Assembly: GCA_029548485.1 (NCBI GenBank)
Contig: JAKPNH010000011.1
Span: 1 to 46,854 of the forward strand
From: a bacterium
Lineage (GTDB): Bacteria; Patescibacteriota; Minisyncoccia; UBA6257; Colwellbacteraceae
Direction: 5' to 3'
DNA length: 46,854 bases
Of this stretch, positions 35,745-45,369 are shown one piece after another. Position 1 is the stretch's first letter, and each line of letters opens with the position of its first letter. The position numbers and the translations under genes were made by a program. The notes beneath the pieces are model-generated. The model saw only the letters and a list, made by a program, of their open reading frames with translations, did not search any database and had not been told where the DNA came from.

Positions 35745-36568
35745 TGTTTCAGGCCGTAGGTTCCCCGCGAGACCAAAACGAATTTGTCCCTGTCTTTGAT
35801 GAGTTCGTTGTGAACGGTCGGAGCGTGGCTCTGGATCATCGAAGCGATCTCCGTGAAGTGAAGCGGCTTGCCCGATTTCTTGAGTGCCAGATAAATTTTC
35901 GCCCTGACCGTTTTCGGATTGATTTCGTCCCAGTCGCGCAGCCCGAGATCGCCGTAGGGCCCGACCCCTATTCTTTTGGAAACGGAAATGTAATTCAGCG
36001 CCACCGGTTCGGTGATGTTCTGCGGAACGATTATCGAACGGAGGATCTCCAGAAATTCTTCGGTTTTCTTAAGCTGTTTCAAAAGCGACGAATGGACCGA
36101 TTCTAAAGCCGCCAAAGCGTCTTCTTTCGAATACCAAAAATCGTAATAGTTTTCGTTTTCTTTTTGGAAATGCGGAGCGTCCTTCAATTGAAGGAGGAAT
36201 CTCAATTTGTTCTTGAAAACCTTCTCTTCCGATTCCGGACGCGAAAGATTGTAGATGTCCTTCATCAGAAAATCGTCTCCCCTGACGCCGCCCGTTCCCG
36301 CGAGGTAATCGACGACGAACTCGATGAGCTTGTCGGTTTCGGCGATCTTGGCGGCCGCCCTCTTCAGGTCGGTCAAAGCTTCGGCTTCCACCTGGCGGAC
36401 CCTTTCGCGGGTGACGCCGTAAGCGTTCCCGAGCTCTTGAAGAGTGGCCGGCTTGTCGGCAACCAAGCCGAATCGTTTTTCAACGATTTTCCGGCTTCTG
36501 TCGTCGAGCTCCGTCTTTCTAATGACAGCCTCGACCAATTCTTCAATGCTCAAGGGATTTTGTTCCAT
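35732..36568 (-). CDS. Sigma70 region-4 HTH plus HARE-HTH (RNAP delta-like) fusion protein (start reassigned to ATG 36568)
   Basis: 'KRFGL...TLQELGNAYGVTRERVRQVE' and C-terminal 'LKKSGKPLHFTEIA...HNELIKD..FVLVSRGTYGLKQW'. The longer ORF-track start lies inside tRNA-Lys. Confidence 0.85.
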   Translation of the reverse strand: MEQNPLSIEELVEAVIRKTELDDRSRKIVEKRFGLVADKPATLQELGNAYGVTRERVRQVEAEALTDLKRAAAKIAETDKLIEFVVDYLAGTGGVRGDDFLMKDIYNLSRPESEEKVFKNKLRFLLQLKDAPHFQKENENYYDFWYSKEDALAALESVHSSLLKQLKKTEEFLEILRSIIVPQNITEPVALNYISVSKRIGVGPYGDLGLRDWDEINPKTVRAKIYLALKKSGKPLHFTEIASMIQSHAPTVHNELIKDRDKFVLVSRGTYGLKQWSA

Positions 36569-36581
36569 ATTGTATGTTATA

Positions 36582-36610
36582 AAATTACAACGTTTTCCTG
36601 CCTCTGTCAA
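36582..36610 (-). promoter_or_regulatory. Promoter TTGACA-N17-TAATTT for the HTH-membrane protein-ATPase unit
   Basis: The minus strand reads TTGACA GAGGCAGGAAAACGTTG TAATTT. Confidence 0.6.
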
Positions 36611-36655
36611 GTGAATTTTTGTGGATCGGGTAACGGATAAATAAAATCTATCCTG

Positions 36656-36727
36656 TCCCCCCGGAAGGACTCGAACCTTCAACTTTTTGCTTAAAAGGCA
36701 ACTACTCTACCATTGAGTTACGGGGGG
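36656..36727 (-). tRNA. tRNA-Lys(TTT), CCA not encoded
   Basis: Acceptor CCCCCCG/CGGGGGG, D-arm ACTC-AATGGTA-GAGT, anticodon loop CT TTT AA, T-arm GAAGG-TTCGAGT-CCTTC. Confidence 0.9.
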
Positions 36728-36738
36728 ACGAGAGAATA

Positions 36739-37800
36739 TTACCATTCGCCGTCCGATTCTTCAAGCGATTTCTTGAGGTCGGAGCTGATTTTTTTCGGAG
36801 TTTTCACCTCGAACCGGATATAGAGGTCGCCTTGCCGGGTGACGCCCTCGCCCGGAACGCGGAGATCGTCGCGGAGATTGAATCCCGCCGGAATGACCGT
36901 TTCGATTTTCTTTCCGGACAGAGTCGTTATCTCCAGTTTTTTGCCGAGGAGGATGTCTTTGAAGCCGATCGATTTTTTCATAATGAGATCGTTCCCGCGC
37001 CGCTCGAAAACCGGATGCGGTTTTATCCTTATCCTCAGATAAAGATCTCCGGCCGGAGCTTCGGCCAAAGCCTCGCCCATGCCGCTCACTTTGATGATCT
37101 GGCCGTTTTCCACTCCCGGCTTGATGTCGATTACGACCTTCCTTTTTCCGGGAACCGCGCCGCGGCCGCGGCAAGCGGAGCAACGTTCTTTGGGTATGTT
37201 TCCTTTTCCGCGGCATTCCGGGCAAGCCGATTCCTGGTAAAAACTGCCGAGGATGGTGTTTCTCATGTTTTTCACCCGGCCGCTGCCTTTGCAGGCTTCG
37301 CACTTGGCCGTCCCTTTTGCCGGATCGTATCCTTTGCCTTTGCATTTTTCGCACTCGATCAAAGTGGAATACTCGATCTCCGCTTTTGTCCCCGAGGCCG
37401 CTTCTTCCAGACTGATCTCCTCGATCATTTCCAGATCGGCTCCTTTGCGGCGGGTTTCGTAGCCGGCTCGCCCTCCTCCGAAAAACGTCTCGAAAATGTC
37501 TCCGATCCCTCCGAAGTTTCCGAAATCGGCTCCGTTGAAATCGACGTTCCAGTTGAATCCCTGGAAAGGATTGGCTCCGGCTTGTCCGTTTCCTTCGAAA
37601 ACCCGTCCGAAGCGGTCGTACTGCTGTCGCTTTTCTTTATTCGAGAGAACCTGATAGGCTTCGTTTATTTTCTTGAACTTCTGCTCGTCTCCCCCGGCTT
37701 TGTCCGGATGGTATTTGTGCGCCAGCTTGCGGTAAGCGGTTTTGATTTCTTCCTCGGAGGCGTTGCGGTCAAGCCCCAAAATTTTGTAATAATCGTCCAT
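36739..37800 (-). CDS. dnaJ: Chaperone DnaJ
   Basis: J domain with HPD, G/F-rich region and four CxxCxGxG repeats. Confidence 0.96.
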   Translation of the reverse strand: MDDYYKILGLDRNASEEEIKTAYRKLAHKYHPDKAGGDEQKFKKINEAYQVLSNKEKRQQYDRFGRVFEGNGQAGANPFQGFNWNVDFNGADFGNFGGIGDIFETFFGGGRAGYETRRKGADLEMIEEISLEEAASGTKAEIEYSTLIECEKCKGKGYDPAKGTAKCEACKGSGRVKNMRNTILGSFYQESACPECRGKGNIPKERCSACRGRGAVPGKRKVVIDIKPGVENGQIIKVSGMGEALAEAPAGDLYLRIRIKPHPVFERRGNDLIMKKSIGFKDILLGKKLEITTLSGKKIETVIPAGFNLRDDLRVPGEGVTRQGDLYIRFEVKTPKKISSDLKKSLEESDGEW

Positions 37801-37875
37801 CGCTTGAATAAAAAATCTGCTTTAAAGACAAGCTAAATCCAAAAACGGTTTTTGTAAACTCCTCGGAAACGGCAT

Positions 37876-38880
37876 CTACCGCAAGATCACGGTCTCGCGG
37901 CTCCGGTTTTCCAGGCTGACGCGGGCGAAACCGAAGAAAATCAGTATTCCGTAGAACATCCAGGCGACGGCCGCAAGGATCCAATTGAAAAGCCAGGCGA
38001 AGCTTTGCATAAGAAGAAGGAGAGCCGCGACCACGATCCCGGCGAAAGTGAGTGACGGAAGCGTTTCCAGGAATCCGTCGAATCTGCTTCTTACGATGTC
38101 GTAGAGATTGTCGGAAACGCTCGCGTTCGGATTGAGGTCGGCCTTGGCGAAACCTTCGATCGCTTTTTCGAGTTCGCTCGCCACGGTGCGCAGATACTGC
38201 TCTTGGGTTTCTTCCGGCAGATCTTCGAACCCGACGTCTCCCACGGTCATCCGCGAAGCGTTCTTTTCGGCGAAGACCATCAGGAAATCGCCGAACTCCA
38301 TGTTGGCGTCGACTCCCGGCACGAAAATCCTCATCATTGCCGCGAGCGGCCGGCTGACGTTGTTTTCGAAAGATTTCCTGGAGATCCATTCCTGGTTCGC
38401 CGGATGGATGGCGACGCTAAGGATCACTCCCTCGAAAACCAAAAGCCCGATCATGCTTCCGGAGACGACCGTCCGCGCCACCCGGAAGAAATTCACTTTA
38501 AGGGACGATTCCGATTCTTTCCGTCCGCCCCGGCTCGCCCAAAGGGCCAAAAGATAGAAAACGGCGATGCCTATTCCGAAAATCTCCAAAGGTTCCGCCG
38601 CCTTGAAATAAAACATCGTTCCGGCCAAGGTCGCTATCTCGATGAAAAGAAAGAGCGCGATCCGGCCGAGGTCTTTGACGAACAAGCTTTGGAGGCTAAA
38701 AAAAATCAAAAGCCCGGCGCCCAAAAGCGCGATCCGCAAAAGTCCGCCGAAGGCGAGCGAATACCCGAGGCCGGCCGAGATAACGGACCCGAAAAGCAAA
38801 ATGACTATCAGTTTCGGAATCGAGTAATCGACTTCCGGTTCGTTGCTAACCGGCGGAAGATTCGTCTGGGCTTCGATCAT
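37876..38880 (-). CDS. Polytopic membrane protein of unknown function between dnaK and dnaJ
   Basis: About five N-terminal TM helices, an acidic soluble domain and a C-terminal hydrophobic segment. TATAAT lies 7 nt upstream. Confidence 0.8.
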   Translation of the reverse strand: MIEAQTNLPPVSNEPEVDYSIPKLIVILLFGSVISAGLGYSLAFGGLLRIALLGAGLLIFFSLQSLFVKDLGRIALFLFIEIATLAGTMFYFKAAEPLEIFGIGIAVFYLLALWASRGGRKESESSLKVNFFRVARTVVSGSMIGLLVFEGVILSVAIHPANQEWISRKSFENNVSRPLAAMMRIFVPGVDANMEFGDFLMVFAEKNASRMTVGDVGFEDLPEETQEQYLRTVASELEKAIEGFAKADLNPNASVSDNLYDIVRSRFDGFLETLPSLTFAGIVVAALLLLMQSFAWLFNWILAAVAWMFYGILIFFGFARVSLENRSRETVILR

Positions 38881-40687
38881 CTTTTTTATTATACAACGAT
38901 GATCCTATTTTTTGAAGCGCCTGGGAAAGCTCGTCCGCCGAACGGCTGATCGCTTCCGCGTCTTCCCCTTGGTTCGCCTGCTTCAAAGCCTCGATTTTTT
39001 CGCTCACCTCCTTCTTCAGATCCTCGGGGATTTTGTCGCCGTTGTCTTTGAGAGATTTCTCCGCCGTATAGATCAAAGCCTCAGCCTGGTTCTTGGCTTC
39101 CACCGCCTCTTTCTTTTTCCGGTCGGTTTCGGCGTATTGTTCGGCTTCCATTTTCAGGCGCTCGATCTCTTCCTTGCTCAAGGAAGTCTTGGCCTCGACC
39201 CTCACGCTCTGGGTCTTGCCAGTCGCCTTGTCGATGGCTTTGACGCTCAAAATCCCGTTGGCGTCGATGTCGAAAGTGACTTCGATCTGCGGCACCCCGC
39301 GGGGCGCCGGAGGCAAGCCGTCGAGAATGAATTTGGCCAGAGTCTTGTTGTCAGACGCCATCGGGCGTTCGCCCTGCAAAACGTGCACTTCGACCGAAGT
39401 CTGGTTGTCGGCCGCGGTCGAGAAAATCTGTGTTTTGGCCGTGGGCACGGTGGTGTTTTTCGTGATCATCGGCGTGGCCACGCCTCCCATGGTCTCGATG
39501 CTTAAAGTAAGCGGCGTGACATCGAGAAGAAGAATATCCTTGATGTCTCCTTGGAGGATTCCTCCTTGGACCGCGGCTCCCAAAGCCACCACCTCGTCCG
39601 GATTGGTGCCGCGGTGCGGCTCTTTCCCGAAAAGCGCTTTGACCGCTTCCTGCATTTTGGGCATCCTCGTCTGGCCGCCGACCAAAAGCACCTGGTCGAT
39701 CTCCGCGATCTTGAAACCCGATTCCTCGACGGTCTTTTTGGTGAGCTCCAACGACCGGTCGATGTAATCCCCGACCAGCTCTTCCAGTTTGGCGCGGGTT
39801 ATTTTCAAAAGCATGTGTTTCGGGCCGGAAGAGTCGGAGGTGATGTAGGGCAGATTGATTTCCGTCTCCAAAGCTGTCGAAAGCTCATGCTTGGCGCGCT
39901 CGGCCGCTTCTTTCAAGCGCTGCATGGCCAGAGGGTCGTTCGAGATGTCGACGCCTTCCTGTTTTTTGTATTCGGCGATCAGGTATTCGTTGATCCTTTT
40001 GTCGAAATCGTCGCCGCCCAGATGCGTGTCTCCGCCGGTCGCTTTGACCTCGACCGTGTCTTCGCCGATTTCGAGGACGGAGACGTCGAAAGTTCCCCCT
40101 CCGAAATCGTAGACCACGATCTTTTCGTTTTTCTGCTTGTCCAATCCGTAAGCCAAGGCGGCCGCGGTCGGCTCGTTGATGATGCGTCTCACTTTGAAGC
40201 CGGCGATTTCTCCGGCGTTTTTGGTCGCCTGCCTTTGCGAATCGTCGAAATAGGCGGGAACGGTGATGACCGCTTCTTCGATTTTCTCTCCGAGCCTCAT
40301 TTCGGCGTCGGTTTTTAGCTTACCCAAAACCATGGCCGATATTTCTTCGGGCGCGTACCATTTTTCGCCCATCTTGATTTCCACGCCGCCGGAAGACGAC
40401 TCCCTAATGTCGTAAGAAAGCCATTTTTTGTCCCGCTCCACTTCCGTATCGCTCCACTTTCTTCCGATCAATCTTTTCACGGAAAAAATGGTGTTTTTCG
40501 GGTTGGTGATGGATTGCCTTTTCGCGAGAACGCCCACCAGCCGCTCGTTTGCCTTACTCAAGGCGACGATGGACGGAGTGGTCCGATTGCCTTCGCTGTT
40601 TTCTATGATCTCGGCTTCTCCGGCGGAATGGGTGTAGGCCATCGCCGAATTGGTCGTTCCCAAATCTATTCCTATGATTTTAGCCAT
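38846..40687 (-). CDS. dnaK: Chaperone DnaK (Hsp70)
   Basis: [35 protein letters not shown] and LLDVTPL motifs. Confidence 0.99.
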   Translation of the reverse strand: MAKIIGIDLGTTNSAMAYTHSAGEAEIIENSEGNRTTPSIVALSKANERLVGVLAKRQSITNPKNTIFSVKRLIGRKWSDTEVERDKKWLSYDIRESSSGGVEIKMGEKWYAPEEISAMVLGKLKTDAEMRLGEKIEEAVITVPAYFDDSQRQATKNAGEIAGFKVRRIINEPTAAALAYGLDKQKNEKIVVYDFGGGTFDVSVLEIGEDTVEVKATGGDTHLGGDDFDKRINEYLIAEYKKQEGVDISNDPLAMQRLKEAAERAKHELSTALETEINLPYITSDSSGPKHMLLKITRAKLEELVGDYIDRSLELTKKTVEESGFKIAEIDQVLLVGGQTRMPKMQEAVKALFGKEPHRGTNPDEVVALGAAVQGGILQGDIKDILLLDVTPLTLSIETMGGVATPMITKNTTVPTAKTQIFSTAADNQTSVEVHVLQGERPMASDNKTLAKFILDGLPPAPRGVPQIEVTFDIDANGILSVKAIDKATGKTQSVRVEAKTSLSKEEIERLKMEAEQYAETDRKKKEAVEAKNQAEALIYTAEKSLKDNGDKIPEDLKKEVSEKIEALKQANQGEDAEAISRSADELSQALQKIGSSLYNKKDDRSPDESSAG

Positions 40688-40731
40688 GTTTGAATAATTT
40701 TTTTGTTAATTTATCCGAATTCTACAAAAAA

Positions 40732-41274
40732 TCAAGACTCCTCTTCCGCGGACTTTTTCCTGGCCACTTTCACCCGCGACGGCCGGAGCAATCTGCCGTT
40801 TAGCATGTATCCCCTTTCCACTTCTTCAATGATCGTCCCTTCGGGTAGGTCCGATTCGACGACGATGGCGGCGTCGTGGATCATCGGGTCGAACATCTGT
40901 CCGGTCGAGATCCTCACCCGCTCCAATCCCCGTTTTTTCAGGACGTCTTCGAACTGGCTTCTGATCATGTAAAAACCCTTCATCGCCGGGCTTTCTTTGT
41001 CCGCGTCCAGGGCGGCGAGCCCGAGGTCGAAGCTGTCGAGGACGATCAGAAGATCCCTGATCAGATCAGAATGGCCGAACCTGGCCAATTCCTGCAAGCG
41101 TTCGGTTTCTTCTTTTTTGTAATTGATGAGTTCGGCCTTGGCCCTTTTCCAGCCGTCCAGATATTCTTCTTTTTCTTTTTCCAATTTCCGGAGTTCGGGG
41201 TTCGAAGATTCCGCATCCGCCTTTTCTTCGGCGTTCGTTTCGGTCGAATCGTTTTTGATCTCTTCGTTCTCCAT
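40732..41274 (-). CDS. grpE: Nucleotide exchange factor GrpE (start likely ATG 41274)
   Basis: RAKAELINYKK, FDPMIHDA and GYMLNGRLLRPSRVKV motifs. The upstream ATG at 41289 overlaps the -10 box. Confidence 0.93.
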   Translation of the reverse strand: MENEEIKNDSTETNAEEKADAESSNPELRKLEKEKEEYLDGWKRAKAELINYKKEETERLQELARFGHSDLIRDLLIVLDSFDLGLAALDADKESPAMKGFYMIRSQFEDVLKKRGLERVRISTGQMFDPMIHDAAIVVESDLPEGTIIEEVERGYMLNGRLLRPSRVKVARKKSAEEES

Positions 41275-41287
41275 ATTTTTCAAGCTC

Positions 41288-41315
41288 ATTGTAGATAAAA
41301 ACCTTTCCTTGTCAA
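41288..41315 (-). promoter_or_regulatory. grpE-dnaK promoter TTGACA-N16-TACAAT
   Basis: Read directly from the minus strand. Confidence 0.65.
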
Positions 41316-41343
41316 CCTGGATTTAGCCATCGGATAAAACCGC

Positions 41344-41352
41344 TGTTATAAT
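41344..41352 (+). promoter_or_regulatory. Extended -10 (TGT-TATAAT), 9 nt before the cysS ATG
   Basis: TGTTATAATGAAGCCAGC-ATG. Confidence 0.7.
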
Positions 41353-41361
41353 GAAGCCAGC

Positions 41362-42720
41362 ATGAAAATCTTCAACACCCTCGGCCGCCGCCTCGAAGAG
41401 TTCAAACCCATCAAAAAAGGCTTTGTCGGGCTCTATACTTGCGGTCCGACCGTCTACAACTTCAGCCACATCGGCAATCTCCGCACCTATATTTTCGAAG
41501 ACGTGCTCCGCCGAGTCCTCGAATGGAACGGATTCAAGGTGAAACAGGTGATGAACATCACCGACGTCGAAGACAAGATCATCAAAAAAGCCATCGAGGA
41601 GTCGAAAACCATTTCCGAGATCACCACTCCCTACACCCGGATCTTCTTTTCCGATCTCGAAGATTTGAACATCAAAAAAGCTGCGGTCTATCCCCGGGCC
41701 ACCAGGCATATCAAGGACATGCTGCGGATGGTCAAAACGCTCGCCCAAAAAGGATTCGCCTACCGCGCCAAAGACGATTCGGTTTATTTCGAAATCGACA
41801 AGTTCCCGGAATACGGAAAGCTGGCCGGGCTCGACAAAGTGGCGCTTCAGTCCGGTGCCCGCGTCGAAAGCGACGAATACGACAAGGAAGAAGCCCGCGA
41901 TTTCGTGCTTTGGAAAGCGCAAAAGCCCAAAGAGCCGAGTTGGCCGTCGGAATTCGGACCCGGACGGCCCGGCTGGCACATCGAGTGTTCGGCCATGAGC
42001 ACGCGCTATCTCGGGCCCACTTTCGACATCCATACCGGCGGCGTGGACAACATCTTCCCCCATCACGAAAACGAGATCGCCCAATCCGAAGCCGCGACCG
42101 GAAAACCGTTCGTCAATTACTGGGTGCACTCCGAACACTTGATGGTCGACGGCCAAAAAATGTCCAAGTCGTTCAATAATTTTTACACCCTGCGGGACGT
42201 CAAAGAGCGCGGATTCGAACCGCTCGCCTTCCGCTACGCCACGCTCATGAGCCACTATCGCTCCAAAATGAATTTCACCTGGGAGGCACTCGAAGCAAGC
42301 CAGAATGCTTTGAACAATCTGCGCTTCGAAATCGCCAAACTCAAAATGTTCGCGGATAAATCCGGTTCCCCGGATGCCGAAAACAAATTCCGCTTCGCTT
42401 TTTCTGAGGCGGTGAACAACGACCTGAACGTTCCTGAAGCCCTGGGCGTTGCCTGGCAAGCCGTCAAAGACGATTCTTTGTCTCCGAAGCAGAAACTCCG
42501 GCTTTTGCTAGATTTCGACAAGATCTTCGGCTTGGGACTCGAAAACGTCAAAAAACCGGTAATTCCACGTAAAATCAAGGCCGTTGTCAAAGAACGGGAG
42601 TTATTAAGAGCTAATAAACAGTTTATCCAGTCCGACGCCTTGAGGAACAAAATAGAAGCGTTAGGATATAAATTGGAAGACACGGAAAACGGCCCGATCG
42701 TCATCAAAAAACCGAAATAA
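41362..42720 (+). CDS. cysS: Cysteine--tRNA ligase
   Basis: CGPTVY, HIGN, GRPGWHIECS and KMSKS motifs. Confidence 0.98.
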   Translation: MKIFNTLGRRLEEFKPIKKGFVGLYTCGPTVYNFSHIGNLRTYIFEDVLRRVLEWNGFKVKQVMNITDVEDKIIKKAIEESKTISEITTPYTRIFFSDLEDLNIKKAAVYPRATRHIKDMLRMVKTLAQKGFAYRAKDDSVYFEIDKFPEYGKLAGLDKVALQSGARVESDEYDKEEARDFVLWKAQKPKEPSWPSEFGPGRPGWHIECSAMSTRYLGPTFDIHTGGVDNIFPHHENEIAQSEAATGKPFVNYWVHSEHLMVDGQKMSKSFNNFYTLRDVKERGFEPLAFRYATLMSHYRSKMNFTWEALEASQNALNNLRFEIAKLKMFADKSGSPDAENKFRFAFSEAVNNDLNVPEALGVAWQAVKDDSLSPKQKLRLLLDFDKIFGLGLENVKKPVIPRKIKAVVKERELLRANKQFIQSDALRNKIEALGYKLEDTENGPIVIKKPK

Positions 42721-44094
42721 ATGGATTCGAAAGACCTAAAACTGCCGCCGCACGATCTGGACGCCGAGCAATCGGTTCTGGGAGCGATCCTCATCGACAA
42801 AGAAGCTTTGGCGAACATCGCCGACATCATCGACGCCGGCGACTTCTACAAGAAAGCGAACGCCGACGTCTATAAGGTCTGCTTCAAGCTTTGGGAAAAA
42901 GGAGAGCCGATAGATATCTTGAGCGTCACTTCCGAACTCAAGAAAATGAATCTGCTCCAGGCCGCGGGCGGTTCCGGCTATCTCGCCGAACTCGTCAACT
43001 CTGTTCCTTCGTCCGCCCACGTGAGCCACTACGCCAAGATCGTCAAAGAAAAAAAGATCCTCCGCGATCTGATCAACGCCTCCCAGGAAATCACGGAAAA
43101 CGCCCTGGGCAGCTCCGAGGATCTCGACATGCTCTTGGACAACGTCGAGCAGAAGATATTTTCCATTTCCAAGTCCTCGGTCGCCAGGAATTTCATTCCG
43201 ATCAAAGACGAGCTCCGCGGCGCCTACGAGCGCATCGCCGAACTCGAACAGGGCGACGGCAAATTAAGGGGCGTTCCCACCGGTTTCACCGCCTTGGACA
43301 ACATGCTCTCCGGGCTCCAGAAATCCGATCTGATCATCGTCGGCGCCCGGCCTTCTTTCGGAAAAAGCTCCTTCGCCCTCGACATCGGCCGCCACGTGGC
43401 CACCAAAGCCAATCTTCCGATCGGGATCTTCACCCTCGAAATGTCGCGCGAACAAGTCGTCGACCGCCTGATCGCCACCGAAGCCCGGGTCGATTTGTGG
43501 AAGCTTCGCACCGGACGCATCGGCAAATCCGACCCGCAGGAATACGAAATGATCCAGGGAGCGCTCGACCGGCTTTCCAGGGCGCCCATCTTCATCGAAG
43601 ACACCCCTTCCCCGAACATCATCGAACTGCGGCGCATGGCCCGCCGTCTGCAGGCCGAAGCCAGGAACTTGAGCCTCATCATCGTCGACTACCTCCAGCT
43701 CATCCAACCGCGAAAGAACTACGACAGCGCCGTCCAGCAAGTGACCGAAGTCTCCCGCGGCCTCAAGGCATTGGCGAGAGAACTGAACGTGCCGGTGATG
43801 GCCGTTTCCCAGCTTTCGAGGGCGGTCGACCAACGGGACAACAAGGCGCCCCGACTTTCCGACCTCCGCGATTCCGGATCCATCGAACAGGACGCCGACG
43901 TCGTCATTTTCATCAATCCGATCTGGCGGCAGAAGGATCCGCGCTCGATCGACCCGGGAGACGACGGCGAAACCGAAATCATCATCGCCAAGCACCGGAA
44001 CGGCCCGATCGGCGTCGTCAAATTGAGATTCAATAAAAATCTGGTTTCTTTCGAAAACGTAGACACCATCCATGACAATCCCGGAATTAATTAA
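42721..44094 (+). CDS. dnaB: Replicative DNA helicase DnaB (no intein)
   Basis: PPHDLDAEQSVLG, GARPSFGKS, VDYLQL, SQLSR and DLRDSGSIEQDAD motifs. Confidence 0.98.
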   Translation: MDSKDLKLPPHDLDAEQSVLGAILIDKEALANIADIIDAGDFYKKANADVYKVCFKLWEKGEPIDILSVTSELKKMNLLQAAGGSGYLAELVNSVPSSAHVSHYAKIVKEKKILRDLINASQEITENALGSSEDLDMLLDNVEQKIFSISKSSVARNFIPIKDELRGAYERIAELEQGDGKLRGVPTGFTALDNMLSGLQKSDLIIVGARPSFGKSSFALDIGRHVATKANLPIGIFTLEMSREQVVDRLIATEARVDLWKLRTGRIGKSDPQEYEMIQGALDRLSRAPIFIEDTPSPNIIELRRMARRLQAEARNLSLIIVDYLQLIQPRKNYDSAVQQVTEVSRGLKALARELNVPVMAVSQLSRAVDQRDNKAPRLSDLRDSGSIEQDADVVIFINPIWRQKDPRSIDPGDDGETEIIIAKHRNGPIGVVKLRFNKNLVSFENVDTIHDNPGIN

Positions 44095-44674
44095 GCGGTT
44101 CGTCGACGTTTTCTCCGAACTGCCGGGCATCGGCCCGAGACAGGCCATCCGCCTGGCTTTTTATCTGATCGGCCGCGGCAAAGGGTTCAACGAGCAAGTC
44201 TCGGCCGCCGTCGATTCCCTGAAGGAGATCACTCCCTGCAAGAACTGCTTCAATATAACGAAGAACCAAAGCGGACTCTGCGACATCTGCGAAAACCCGA
44301 AGCGGGACCAGAGCGTCATCGCCATTATCGAGAAAGAAACCGACTTGATGTCCATGGAAAACACCAAGAAATTCAACGGGGTCTATCTTATCCTCGGCGA
44401 CCTCAGAAAAACCGGCATTCTGGACGCCGGCCAAAAAAACCGGATCGAGGTCCTGAAAGACCGGATCGTAAGGGATCTCGGCGGCCAAGCCAAAGAGATC
44501 ATCGTCGCTTTCAACCCCACGACCTACGGAGACATCAACAGCCAGATCGTCGGGAAAGAACTCCGGCCTTTGACGGAAAAGATCAGCCGCTTGGGCCGCG
44601 GCATACCGACCGGAGGCGAAATCGAATTCGCCGACGAAGAAACCCTTTCGGCCGCCATCGAACGCAGAGACTAA
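44072..44674 (+). CDS. recR: Recombination mediator RecR
   Basis: LPGIGPRQAIRLA, C4 Zn finger and TOPRIM 'GIPTGGEIEFAD'. Confidence 0.95.
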   Translation: MTIPELIKRFVDVFSELPGIGPRQAIRLAFYLIGRGKGFNEQVSAAVDSLKEITPCKNCFNITKNQSGLCDICENPKRDQSVIAIIEKETDLMSMENTKKFNGVYLILGDLRKTGILDAGQKNRIEVLKDRIVRDLGGQAKEIIVAFNPTTYGDINSQIVGKELRPLTEKISRLGRGIPTGGEIEFADEETLSAAIERRD

Positions 44675-44699
44675 AAATCCCCCGTTTCGGGGGATTTTT
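44673..44699. terminator. Bidirectional terminator between convergent recR and rplU
   Basis: AAAAATCCCCCG-TTT-CGGGGGATTTTT. Confidence 0.88.
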
Positions 44700-44700
44700 C

Positions 44701-45000
44701 TTAAGCGATGACGACTTCGGTGAAATGCTGGCGGTGTCCTTTTTTCTTGCGATAACGGGTCTTGGAATGATAGCGGAAAACGATTATTTTTTTGTCTCTC
44801 GCCTGCCGCGCCACCTTGGCTTTGACCGAAGCGCCGGAGATATAAGGCCGGCCGACCTCCACTTGGCCGTCCTTTTCCTGAAGCAAAACTTTGTCGAAAA
44901 CCACCTCTTGTCCGGGCTCGGCTTCCAATTTTTCTATCTTGATTTTGTCTCCGGAAGAAACAACGTATTGTTTTCCGCCGGTTTCGATGACTGATAACAT
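44701..45000 (-). CDS. rplU: 50S protein bL21 (start reassigned to ATG 45000)
   Basis: IETGGKQYVV and KKGHRQHFT motifs. Confidence 0.95.
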   Translation of the reverse strand: MLSVIETGGKQYVVSSGDKIKIEKLEAEPGQEVVFDKVLLQEKDGQVEVGRPYISGASVKAKVARQARDKKIIVFRYHSKTRYRKKKGHRQHFTEVVIA

Positions 45001-45007
45001 AGGCAAA

Positions 45008-45036
45008 ATACTACCAGAAATAGACTACCGACGCAA
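45008..45036 (-). promoter_or_regulatory. rplU promoter TTGCGT-N17-TAGTAT (TG-extended), 7 nt before ATG
   Basis: Embedded in the 3' end of the upstream gene. The TAG of the -10 box is that gene's stop codon. Confidence 0.55.
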
Positions 45037-45337
45037 CCTTTATCAAAACCAGGATGGCGACCATCAACCCGGCCATGGCGAGATACCAGGAGATCAGCCT
45101 CTCTTTCTTGAAAACGATAAAAGACAGCCAGGAATTCATGAGGACGACGATAAACCCGACGGCGATGATTTCCGCGGTCACGGTTTTGTTTCCGATGATT
45201 CCGGTCGCCACCACGAAATTGCCAGCCGGGCCGAGAATATTGACGATTACGGCGACGACGATGACGGCCATGGCCGCGATATCGACGTAAGCCACCGACT
45301 TAAACAATTTCCAATCGCGCAAGATCAAATCTTTCAT
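45011..45337 (-). CDS. Small 3-TM membrane protein, unknown function
   Basis: 108 aa with three hydrophobic stretches. Fills the gap between neighbouring genes. Confidence 0.75.
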   Translation of the reverse strand: MKDLILRDWKLFKSVAYVDIAAMAVIVVAVIVNILGPAGNFVVATGIIGNKTVTAEIIAVGFIVVLMNSWLSFIVFKKERLISWYLAMAGLMVAILVLIKVASVVYFW

Positions 45338-45369
45338 GATGTTTTATTTAACAGCAAAAATCGGAAATT

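Noticed and set aside
33447..35759. 770-aa plus-strand ORF
   Set aside because: Antisense shadow of two well-supported minus-strand genes, with no recognisable motifs. Such ORFs are expected from the codon bias, which leaves few stops on the opposite strand.
36569..36682. ORF-track N-terminal extension of the HTH protein
   Set aside because: Runs into tRNA-Lys and across the gene's own promoter. ATG 36568 is the plausible start.
36600..36740. tRNA-Lys as the integration site of a conjugative element carrying the VirD4-like gene
   Set aside because: No integrase, relaxase or duplicated tRNA 3' end was seen, and the downstream genes run directly into efp and mnmA.
41275..41361. CIRCE/HrcA operator upstream of grpE-dnaK
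   Set aside because: No TTAGCACTC-N9-GAGTGCTAA inverted repeat is present, only divergent sigma70-type promoters.
2100..45000. Apparent abundance of TCGA/CGATCG/CCGG palindromes (HIP1-like)
   Set aside because: Not quantifiable by eye and plausibly explained by codon preferences such as ATC-GAx and GCC-GGx. It would need a Markov-model k-mer test.
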